Source: Patescibacteria group bacterium (GTDB taxonomy: Bacteria > Patescibacteriota > WWE3 > JAUXAW01 > JAYEID01). Taken from it: 13,734 nt of DNA. The DNA is taken from NCBI GenBank assembly GCA_034659915.1, contig JAYEID010000016.1, positions 1 through 13,734 of the forward strand, given 5' to 3'. Position numbers and translations under genes: made by a program. The notes under the pieces were generated by a model. That model searched no databases. It was not told the DNA's origin and saw only the letters and a list, made by a program, of their open reading frames with translations. Shown one piece after another: positions 1 through 4,925 of the stretch (its first letter is position 1; each line of letters opens with the position of its first letter).

Positions 1-62
<62 letters not shown>

Positions 63-66
63 CTCA

Positions 67-89
67 TTTATTTATTTATTTATTTATTT
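67..89. repeat. Tetranucleotide microsatellite (TTTA), about 5.75 units
   Basis: ttta ttta ttta ttta ttta ttt read directly, separated from the TATC tract by only tactca. Confidence 0.95.
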
Positions 90-100
90 GGAAAAGGCGT

Positions 101-164
101 TAGCTATCTAATTAGTTAGTTAGTTAATTAGTTGGTTGGTTGAAGGAATGGTTGGTAGTGGTTG
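101..164. repeat. Degenerate 4-nt periodic tract (TAGT grading into TGGT)
   Basis: In phase from 101: tagc tatc taat tagt tagt tagt taat tagt tggt tggt tgaa ggaa tggt tggt agtg gttg. It ends 5 nt before the ndk stop codon (170-172). Confidence 0.8.
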
Positions 165-169
165 GGGAG

Positions 170-649
170 TTATTTTTTGGGTTGCCATTCGTCTTCGGCG
201 TAGATTTGGAAGTATTCGTCTTTGCGGTAGTCAAATATTTCGTCATTATTGAAAAATCTTTTTGTTTCTTCTTTTGCTGTCTTTTTGGAATCTGACGCGT
301 GGACAAGTGTTGCTTGGTGGCTCATGGAAAGGTCGCCGCGAATGGTACCAATGTCCGCTTCTCTGCCAACTGTGGACCCGGAAATTGAACGCACCACGTC
401 CACAGCTTCTACGCCTTCCCAGAGCATGGCAATTATTGGGCTGGAACTCATATATTTTTTTAACGATTCAAAAAACGGTTTATTTTTATGGTGTTTGTAA
501 TGTTTATCAAGAAGATTAGAGTCAGCACGGAGCATTTTAATACCCACTAATTTTAAACCTTTTTGCTCAAAACGGCTGATGATATTGCCCACTAAACCCC
601 TTTGAATCCCGTCGGGTTTGATTAAGATAACTGTTCTTTCCAGTTCCAT
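170..649 (-). CDS. ndk: Nucleoside diphosphate kinase
   Basis: Translation MELERTVILIKPDGIQRGLVGNIISRFEQKGLKLVGIKML...KPFF...TIRGDL...LVHASDS matches the NDK fold motifs, including the catalytic His in H-A-S-D. The ORF-track start at 688 is a TTG. The ATG at 649 gives the canonical N-terminus and avoids overlap with the upstream gene. It has a C-terminal tail of about 25 aa beyond typical NDKs. Confidence 0.9.
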   Translation of the reverse strand: MELERTVILIKPDGIQRGLVGNIISRFEQKGLKLVGIKMLRADSNLLDKHYKHHKNKPFFESLKKYMSSSPIIAMLWEGVEAVDVVRSISGSTVGREADIGTIRGDLSMSHQATLVHASDSKKTAKEETKRFFNNDEIFDYRKDEYFQIYAEDEWQPKK

Positions 650-675
650 AGTGAGCCTTATTTTAGAATGCAGTT

Positions 676-1695
676 TTAGTTTTCGCAAGTGTTGCAGCTT
701 GCAGTAGAGGCGTCACCGGTTAGTTTGTTTAGAACAACTTGGTGAATTGTTTCGAATGAATCCCCACGTGGTTTTAAAACATACGCACCCCCGTAGTAAT
801 CTCGTGGGGGCTCATAAAGATAGTTGTTGGTATCTAGTACTATTTGTTCAGTTTTATAATTTTTCCAACCTTTTACAATTGGTAAAAGTTCTGCTATCTC
901 CCCTACTCCCAAATTGGTTTGCATATGTCCGCTGAAAAGATTATAAAGCGCTTCGGCACTTAGTTTTACTAAGTCTGAGTTAGTAAAAGCTTGAGGAACG
1001 TTAATTAGTAGATTTTGCTGTCTGCGGATGCGTTGAAAGTCGTTCCCCTCTCCATTGGTTCCTTTGCGAGAACGACAATAAACTAAAGCTTTCTCTGCAC
1101 TAAAATTTTGGGTTCCGGTTTCAAAACTTACGGGATAGGGAGCATTTGGGCGGTCAGGAGGATACTTTGGATCTATAAAGCTTCTTTCCACATTTGTGTT
1201 AATACTACCCAACTGATTTACTGACCAAACAAACCCGTCAAATCCCATGCTTACAAAGTAATCTGGTTCTATACCTATTACCTTCCCTATCCGGTGTTTA
1301 AATTTATCAAAGCCTTCGTTAGCGTAGTGTGCGTTAATTTTAGTGCCACTTAGCCAGAGGTCTCGGGGGATTGAAGTAAGAACAACCCGTTTCTCATTTT
1401 TTAATATGGAAACTACCATAATTGCGTCTGTTCGGTAATATTGCTGTTTGGGAGTTCTTTGATCTGTACCTAGAAGAAGAATGTGGTAATCTCCAGGAGG
1501 GTTTGATTGGATTTTAAGATTAGGTTCTTCTCTGTTCGTGAGTGGTGAAAAAAGTTTGGGAGGCTCTTTTTGGTTTGTGTTTTGTTTTGGAGATGCTTGT
1601 ATTGTTTTAAGGTAAAAATATACAGCACAATTAAAAAGGAATAGACTAATTACACCCAGAGCAGCAATAACAATTTTTTTAGTTTTGGGTTGCAT
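676..1695 (-). CDS. LytR-CpsA-Psr (LCP) family cell-envelope polymer transferase, N-terminally membrane anchored
   Basis: One N-terminal TM segment (IVIAALGVISLFLFNCAVYFYL), then LCP signatures LLLGTDQR...RTDAIMVVS...LTSIPRDLW. ATG start at 1695. Confidence 0.85.
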   Translation of the reverse strand: MQPKTKKIVIAALGVISLFLFNCAVYFYLKTIQASPKQNTNQKEPPKLFSPLTNREEPNLKIQSNPPGDYHILLLGTDQRTPKQQYYRTDAIMVVSILKNEKRVVLTSIPRDLWLSGTKINAHYANEGFDKFKHRIGKVIGIEPDYFVSMGFDGFVWSVNQLGSINTNVERSFIDPKYPPDRPNAPYPVSFETGTQNFSAEKALVYCRSRKGTNGEGNDFQRIRRQQNLLINVPQAFTNSDLVKLSAEALYNLFSGHMQTNLGVGEIAELLPIVKGWKNYKTEQIVLDTNNYLYEPPRDYYGGAYVLKPRGDSFETIHQVVLNKLTGDASTASCNTCEN

Positions 1696-1701
1696 GCAAT
1701 T

Positions 1702-1729
1702 ATTCTATCAGGTTGAAAACTTGTGTAAA
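1702..1729 (-). promoter_or_regulatory. Candidate sigma70-type promoter for the LCP gene, leaderless geometry
   Basis: Minus strand reads TTTACA-16 nt-TAGAAT-aattgc-ATG. The -10 box ends 6 nt before the start codon and there is no SD. AT-rich context, so chance matches are possible. Confidence 0.35.
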
Positions 1730-1751
1730 GGGCGCTAATCAGAAGGTATTG

Positions 1752-1826
1752 TGGAGCGGGTAGCGGGAATTGAACCCGCATCGCCACCTTGGAAGGGTGG
1801 AGTAATAGCCGTTATACGATACCCGC
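1752..1826 (-). tRNA. tRNA-Gly (anticodon UCC), CCA encoded
   Basis: Reverse complement folds as GCGGGTA/TACCCGC acceptor, CCACC-CTTCCAA-GGTGG anticodon arm (TCC), GCGGG-TTCAATT-CCCGC T arm, discriminator T, CCA. Confidence 0.93.
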
Positions 1827-1841
1827 AAAGAACTGCTTATA

Positions 1842-1850
1842 ATTATAACA
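1842..1850 (-). promoter_or_regulatory. Candidate extended -10 promoter (TGtTATAAT) for tRNA-Gly
   Basis: Minus strand reads tgt tataat followed by 15 nt and then the tRNA 5' end. A weak -35 TTGTGG lies at 17-nt spacing from TTATAA. Confidence 0.35.
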
Positions 1851-1900
1851 AATTTGGTATTCAAACCACAACTAATTATGGAAACATTTGGAATTATGGT

Positions 1901-3340
1901 TTAGGAATTAAGAAAGGCAGAGTAAGCTTGGTGGGCGGAGTAGATATCTGCTTTGGAGGCAATTTCAAATGGAGCGTGCATATTAAGAAGTGGCACTCCA
2001 ATGTCAATTATGTCTAAGTTGTATTCTGCAACAAAAACTGCAATTGTTCCACCGCCTCCAATATCAACCTTACCCATCATTGCGGGCTGCCACATTACCT
2101 CTGCTTGGTCAAAAAGAGCGCGAATCTTTGCTGTGTACTCCGCGGTTGCTTCGCTAGTACCACGTTTTCCTTTCTTCCCAGTGTAGCGTTGGAGAGCAAC
2201 ACCGTAACCAAGCTTTGCGGCATTTTTCTCATCGTGAACTTCTTTGTAGGAGGGGTTTATACCTGCTGTAACATCAGCAGAAATTGCTTCTGAATTCCTC
2301 AGCGCTTTTCGAATTTGGTAATCAAATTTTCCATTTTCACGCTCAGGGTCTAAATCCAGAAGTCTCCCAATAAGGTCATAAAGAAATAAAGAGGTGGCAC
2401 CAGTATTGGATCTACTGCCAGTTTCCTCCTTGTCATAAAAGACAACTAGCAAAGTGTGCTCTGGGATATTATTTTGATCTAAGAGTGCTGTTAAAGCAGG
2501 GTAAGCACACACTCTGTCATCGTGACCATAAGCGGAGATTAAAGAGCGATCGAAACCTAGGTCCCTCGCCGAGCCAACGGGGACAGCTTCTAGCTCGGCT
2601 GAAATTAGATCTTCTTCTTTAATATCGTATTTTTGATTTAGAATATTTAAAATATTGAGTTTTACCTTTTCTTTTGCTTCATCACTGTCGAGAAAAGGAT
2701 TGTTACCAACTACCAAATTCATTTTTTCAGCTTCAATAGCTTCTTTAAGCTTTTTATCCAACTGCTTGTCAGCTAAATGAGGGAGGAGATCTGAGACCAT
2801 AAAAACAGGGTCATTTGGCTCATCTCCAAGTCGTAGCTCAGCCCAAGTTCCATCTTTTTTAACAATCACACCATAAAGAGCTAAGGGAAGAGCTGGCCAT
2901 TGATATTTTTTTATTCCCCCGTAATAGTGAGTTGCAAAAAGAGCTAAACCGTTATCTTCGTAAAGTGGGCGAAGTTTAAAATCAAGGCGTGGAGAATCAA
3001 CATGTGCCATTACTAAGCGCATTCCCTCCGTGATTGGTTTTTTTCCACGGTGAACGAGAACCAATGTTTTTCCGCGGTTAGAGGCAAATATTTTTTCTCC
3101 TGGTGATAGTTTTCTGCCACTACGTTCAAAATCTTTAAAATCCGAATAGCCGTGACGAAGGCCTAGCTCCTTCCCTGCCTTCACAGCTAGCCGTTCAGTT
3201 TTAGCTGCGGAAACAAACTCTTTATAATCCTCGGCAAAATTAAAACATTTCTTTTTTGTTTTTGAATCCCAAACTTCCCAGCAACATTTTGGTTTGTAGC
3301 TAAGTTGCTTTTCTAGAGTGGACTCATTATTATTTTGCAT
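1901..3340 (-). CDS. M18-family (aspartyl/aminopeptidase 1-like) zinc aminopeptidase
   Basis: 479 aa with M18 motifs MAHVDSPRLDFK, YGHDDRVCAY, FYDKEETGS and PLLNMHAPFE. ATG at 3340. Confidence 0.88.
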   Translation of the reverse strand: MQNNNESTLEKQLSYKPKCCWEVWDSKTKKKCFNFAEDYKEFVSAAKTERLAVKAGKELGLRHGYSDFKDFERSGRKLSPGEKIFASNRGKTLVLVHRGKKPITEGMRLVMAHVDSPRLDFKLRPLYEDNGLALFATHYYGGIKKYQWPALPLALYGVIVKKDGTWAELRLGDEPNDPVFMVSDLLPHLADKQLDKKLKEAIEAEKMNLVVGNNPFLDSDEAKEKVKLNILNILNQKYDIKEEDLISAELEAVPVGSARDLGFDRSLISAYGHDDRVCAYPALTALLDQNNIPEHTLLVVFYDKEETGSRSNTGATSLFLYDLIGRLLDLDPERENGKFDYQIRKALRNSEAISADVTAGINPSYKEVHDEKNAAKLGYGVALQRYTGKKGKRGTSEATAEYTAKIRALFDQAEVMWQPAMMGKVDIGGGGTIAVFVAEYNLDIIDIGVPLLNMHAPFEIASKADIYSAHQAYSAFLNS

Positions 3341-3347
3341 AGTTTAA

Positions 3348-3376
3348 ACTATACCATAACAGGTCCTCTTTGTCAC
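3348..3376 (-). promoter_or_regulatory. Candidate promoter for the aminopeptidase gene, leaderless geometry
   Basis: Minus strand reads GTGACA-17 nt-(TGg)TATAGT-ttaaact-ATG. It has an extended -10, 7 nt between the -10 and the ATG, and no SD. Confidence 0.4.
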
Positions 3377-3385
3377 AGTACATAA

Positions 3386-3414
3386 TTGAAAAATTGCTCT
3401 TGAAAAGGTAAAAT
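3386..3414 (+). promoter_or_regulatory. Candidate orphan plus-strand promoter TTGAAA-17-TAAAAT
   Basis: Hexamers at 3386-3391 and 3409-3414 with exactly 17 nt between them. No ORF follows. The next annotated gene is tRNA-Leu, about 250 nt downstream. Confidence 0.35.
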
Positions 3415-3529
3415 AGGGGTGTAAGTAAATTCAAGCACTATTTTGCCAAAGCGCTTATACCTTAGGGATACTTAAACCTGTACTCAATTTAGTACAAAGG
3501 AGCACAAACTTTAACAGTCCTGACTTATC

Positions 3530-3596
3530 GGGACTAATTTGACGGATCAAATTCTCGAAAGAATTTTTGAAGTCTCATTGAGCCGTGGTGCTGGAA
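3530..3596 (+). repeat. Repeat module copy A: gggactaatt, AAATTC/GAATTT hairpin, agtctcattgagc, then a tRNA-Leu 5'-like 15-mer
   Basis: Collinear with 4510-4575 (shared gggactaatt, caaattc..gaattt hairpin, agtYtcattKagc). Positions 3582-3596 (gccgtggtgctggaa) match the first 15 nt of the real tRNA-Leu at 3674 in 14 of 15 positions. Confidence 0.6.
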
Positions 3597-3639
3597 CCGT
3601 GAACCACATTGGGTACATGGCGAGTTTCTTACAGCAGCT

Positions 3640-3667
3640 TTGTTAACAAGGTAATTTAATATATAAC
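3640..3667 (+). promoter_or_regulatory. Candidate proximal promoter for tRNA-Leu (TTGTTA-16-TATAAC)
   Basis: The -10 box ends 6 nt before the mature tRNA 5' end. It contains the acaaggtaat 10-mer that recurs upstream of tRNA-Arg. Confidence 0.3.
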
Positions 3668-3673
3668 TGTTTT

Positions 3674-3763
3674 GCCGAGGTGCTGGAATAGGGAGACAGG
3701 GCAGACTTAAAATCTGCTGGAGCTAAAACCTCCGTGGGGGTTCGATCCCCCCCCTCGGCACCA
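3674..3763 (+). tRNA. tRNA-Leu (anticodon UAA), class II with long variable arm, CCA encoded
   Basis: GCCGAGG/CCTCGGC acceptor, GCAGA-CTTAAAA-TCTGC anticodon arm (TAA), variable arm GGAGCTAAAACCTCC, T arm GGGGG-TTCGATC-CCCCC, discriminator A, CCA. Confidence 0.93.
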
Positions 3764-3799
3764 CTTCGCTCTAAAAAGGGCTAAGTGTAAACTCACATT

Positions 3800-4043
3800 G
3801 TGGATTACTACGTTTACAAATTAGAGTGTCAAAATAGCTATCTTTACACGGGTTTTACTGGTAATTTGAAAAAGAGAGTAAAAAGAACATAAGGAAGAGC
3901 GAGGAAGTCTGGTTACTAAAAATAAAAGACCAATTAAATTAATGTATCAGGAAAAGTTCAAAACTAAGAAGGAAGCTGCAACTAGGGAACGGGAAATCAA
4001 AGGTTGGCGAAGAGAAAAGAAATCGATACACAACAGAAATTAA
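3800..4043 (+). pseudogene. Small stand-alone GIY-YIG (URI-domain, YhbQ/UPF0213-like) nuclease gene interrupted by a +1 frameshift in an A5 run
   Basis: Frame 1 from GTG 3800 gives (M)DYYVYKLECQNSYLYTGFTGNLKKRVK and then stops at 3890-3892. The +1 frame from 3885 continues EHKEERGSLVTKNKRPIKLMYQEKFKTKKEAATREREIKGWRREKKSIHNRN* (stop 4041-4043). Joined, they give a complete GIY...YIG...R...E domain. The shift lies in aaaaa at 3880-3884. There is no ATG start and no SD. Confidence 0.75.
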
Positions 4044-4049
4044 TCGAGC

Positions 4050-4063
4050 TGAGCTTACGTCGA
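4050..4063 (+). repeat. 13-nt core repeat, forward copy 1 (tgagcttacgtcga, one extra nt)
   Basis: Related to tgagcttgccgaa (4220-4232) and tgagcttgtcgaa (4472-4484). It is the inverse complement of ttcgacaagctca (4154-4166). It lies 11 nt upstream of tRNA-Pro. Confidence 0.5.
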
Positions 4064-4074
4064 GCGAAGCGAGA

Positions 4075-4150
4075 CGGGGTGTAGCGTAGCGGCTATCGCG
4101 CCACGTTTGGGACGTGGAGATCAGGAGTTCGAGTCTCCTCACCCCGACCA
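4075..4150 (+). tRNA. tRNA-Pro (anticodon UGG), CCA encoded
   Basis: CGGGGTG/CACCCCG acceptor, CCACG-TTTGGGA-CGTGG anticodon arm (TGG), AGGAG-TTCGAGT-CTCCT T arm, discriminator A, CCA. Confidence 0.93.
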
Positions 4151-4185
4151 TGGTTCGACAAGCTCACCATGAAATGGTAAGGTTG
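4149..4185 (+). repeat. Direct repeat unit U1 (catgg-ttcgacaagctca-ccatgaaatggtaaggttg), contains reverse-orientation core copy 4154-4166
   Basis: Collinear with U2 at 4296-4330. It starts inside the CCA end of tRNA-Pro and contains the small hairpin ACCAT-gaa-ATGGT. Confidence 0.55.
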
Positions 4186-4215
4186 ATGAACCAACGTGGT
4201 AGGGACGAGAAGCTT

Positions 4216-4258
4216 GCCCTGAGCTTGCCGAAGGGAGTACTGCCGCCTCGACTAGGGA
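4216..4258 (+). repeat. Repeat unit V1 (gccctgagcttgccgaaggga...cctcgac...ggga), contains forward core copy 4220-4232
   Basis: The first 21 nt differ at one position from 4468-4488, and the remainder is collinear (cctcgac, ggga). The CCC...GGG arms flank the core. Confidence 0.6.
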
Positions 4259-4295
4259 GTTGAAGATTGTTCCCAGAGCTCGGTACCACTTTGAT

Positions 4296-4330
4296 CATGG
4301 TTTCACAAGCTTACTGTAAAGGTGGGGTTG
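4296..4330 (+). repeat. Direct repeat unit U2 (catgg-tttcacaagctta-ctgtaaaggtggggttg), diverged reverse-orientation core 4301-4313
   Basis: Aligns with U1 with a few substitutions and one small indel. It is followed immediately by gggactaat (4330-4338) and tRNA-Thr. Confidence 0.5.
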
Positions 4331-4348
4331 GGACTAATAAGATTTTAT

Positions 4349-4425
4349 GCCGCCTTAGCTCAGTTGGCTAGAGCAAACGCTTCGTAAGCGTTAGGTTCTC
4401 GGTTCGAATCCGAGAGGCGGCTCCA
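4349..4425 (+). tRNA. tRNA-Thr (anticodon CGU), CCA encoded
   Basis: GCCGCCT/AGGCGGC acceptor, AACGC-TTCGTAA-GCGTT anticodon arm (CGT), CTCGG-TTCGAAT-CCGAG T arm, discriminator T, CCA. Confidence 0.93.
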
Positions 4426-4467
4426 CCATAAGATCTTAATTAGTCTGCGAATTTAAATCTTATGAGT

Positions 4468-4515
4468 GCCCTGAGCTTGTCGAAGGGATTTTGTCCCTCG
4501 ACAGTGCTCGGGACT
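4468..4515 (+). repeat. Repeat unit V2 (gccctgagcttgtcgaaggga...cctcgac...gggac), contains forward core copy 4472-4484
   Basis: See V1. Positions 4472-4484 are the perfect reverse complement of 4154-4166. Confidence 0.6.
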
Positions 4516-4575
4516 AATTCAGCTATCCAAATTCGAAGACGAATTTGGAGTTTCATTTAGCTGGTGTAGCTCAAC
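4510..4575 (+). repeat. Repeat module copy B: gggactaatt, CCAAATTCG/CGAATTTGG hairpin, agtttcatttagc, then tRNA-like 5' sequence
   Basis: Collinear with module A at 3530-3596. The hairpin stem AAATTC/GAATTT is retained in both copies with different loops. Confidence 0.6.
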
Positions 4576-4598
4576 TGGATAGAGTAGGGGTTTTCCCC
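4560..4598 (+). pseudogene. tRNA-derived 5' fragment (acceptor 5' strand, D arm, then a GGGG-TTTT-CCCC tetraloop hairpin in place of an anticodon arm); not a functional tRNA
   Basis: gctggtgtagctcaactggatagagtaggggt matches the real tRNA-Arg 5' half (4708-4740) at 25 of 33 aligned positions, with the differences mainly in the acceptor strand. There is no 7-nt anticodon loop, no T arm and no complementary caccagc downstream. Confidence 0.5.
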
Positions 4599-4602
4599 AG
4601 TA

Positions 4603-4638
4603 ACATCTTGATTTTCGCTTTGCGAAATTCTTAGATGT
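4603..4638 (+). other. Long imperfect hairpin (ACATCT...AGATGT closing stem, inner TTTCGC-ttt-GCGAAA)
   Basis: 6-bp outer stem plus about 7 inner pairs found by hand pairing. The 3' arm overlaps TAGAT (4632-4636), which can instead pair with ATCTA (4655-4659). Confidence 0.45.
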
Positions 4639-4685
4639 ACGGGGTCCCAACGATCTAGATTTCGGTCTTGAATTAAACAGTGTAG

Positions 4686-4691
4686 TATAAT
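4686..4691 (+). promoter_or_regulatory. Consensus -10 box TATAAT upstream of tRNA-Arg
   Basis: Perfect TATAAT 16 nt before the tRNA 5' end. There is no good -35 at 16-18 nt spacing. Confidence 0.25.
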
Positions 4692-4707
4692 TTTTACAAG
4701 GTAATAT

Positions 4708-4785
4708 GCCCCCGTAGCTCAATTGGATTAGAGCTGGGGTGTTCTAAGCCCAGGGTTAGAGGTTCGAGTCCTCTCGGGGGCACCA
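4708..4785 (+). tRNA. tRNA-Arg (anticodon UCU), CCA encoded
   Basis: GCCCCCG/CGGGGGC acceptor, GGGGT-GTTCTAA-GCCCA anticodon arm (TCT; terminal G-A and T-G pairs), AGAGG-TTCGAGT-CCTCT T arm, discriminator A, CCA. Confidence 0.9.
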
Positions 4786-4925
4786 TCCCGGCATCAAAAG
4801 TTGCTGAAGGAAACTTCCGTTGAGGGGACCCTGATGAGAACCACAACAGTTCGGTATATTGGGGTGCCATGCTGGAAACGAACAGTGGTGGGTTTTGGAT
4901 AGTAGCGCCCAAGGAAAATTTATCT

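Noticed and set aside
124-519. ORFs 124..306 (minus), 249..500 and 262..519 (plus)
   Set aside because: The first is a low-complexity translation of the microsatellite tract and the ndk 3' end in another frame. The other two are antisense to the well-supported ndk gene.
3539-3646. 35-codon TTG-initiated ORF in the tRNA-Leu upstream spacer
   Set aside because: The nearest SD-like aaaggag (3487-3493) is about 45 nt upstream of the start. The ORF spans repeat module A and the tRNA-like fragment, and it has no recognisable protein features.
4150-4263. 37-codon ORF (MVRQAHHEMVRLMNQRGRDEKLALSLPKGVLPPRLGS) starting at the last A of the tRNA-Pro CCA
   Set aside because: It has no SD, it starts inside a tRNA, and the sequence is built from the repeat units. 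The peptide is most simply a by-product of translating the repeats.
4276-4287. GAGCTCGGTACC, identical to the SacI-KpnI segment of pUC-type polylinkers, which raises the possibility of vector contamination
   Set aside because: Only 12 nt match. The flanks (cccaGAGCTCGGTACCactttg) do not continue into the polylinker sequence on either side, and the segment sits inside the native repeat region.
4427-4464. 8-bp inverted repeat CATAAGAT...ATCTTATG just after tRNA-Thr as an intrinsic terminator, and ataagat direct repeats (4337-4343, 4428-4434) as target-site duplications around tRNA-Thr
   Set aside because: The stem is AT-rich with a 22-nt loop and is not followed by a U-tract. The 7-nt direct repeat is short and AT-rich enough to occur by chance.
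4560-4707. Possible intron-containing or split tRNA beginning at gctggtgtagctc
   Set aside because: There is no 7-nt anticodon loop, no T arm (no GTTCRANYC-like motif) and no 3' acceptor strand complementary to gctggtg before the genuine tRNA-Arg. I treat it as a tRNA-derived fragment rather than a gene.
4510-4707. T-box or other riboswitch leader upstream of tRNA-Arg
   Set aside because: There is no T-box consensus, no specifier-loop architecture, no terminator with a U-tract and no downstream regulated ORF. Only generic alternative hairpins are present.
4831-4879. Hammerhead-ribozyme-like core: CTGATGAG at 4831-4838 and GAAAC at 4875-4879, upstream of tpiA
   Set aside because: The bases that should close stem II (after CUGAUGA and before GAAA) are G and G. 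No convincing stem II or stem I/III can be drawn, and there is no plausible cleavage-site context. It is most likely a chance occurrence of two short motifs.
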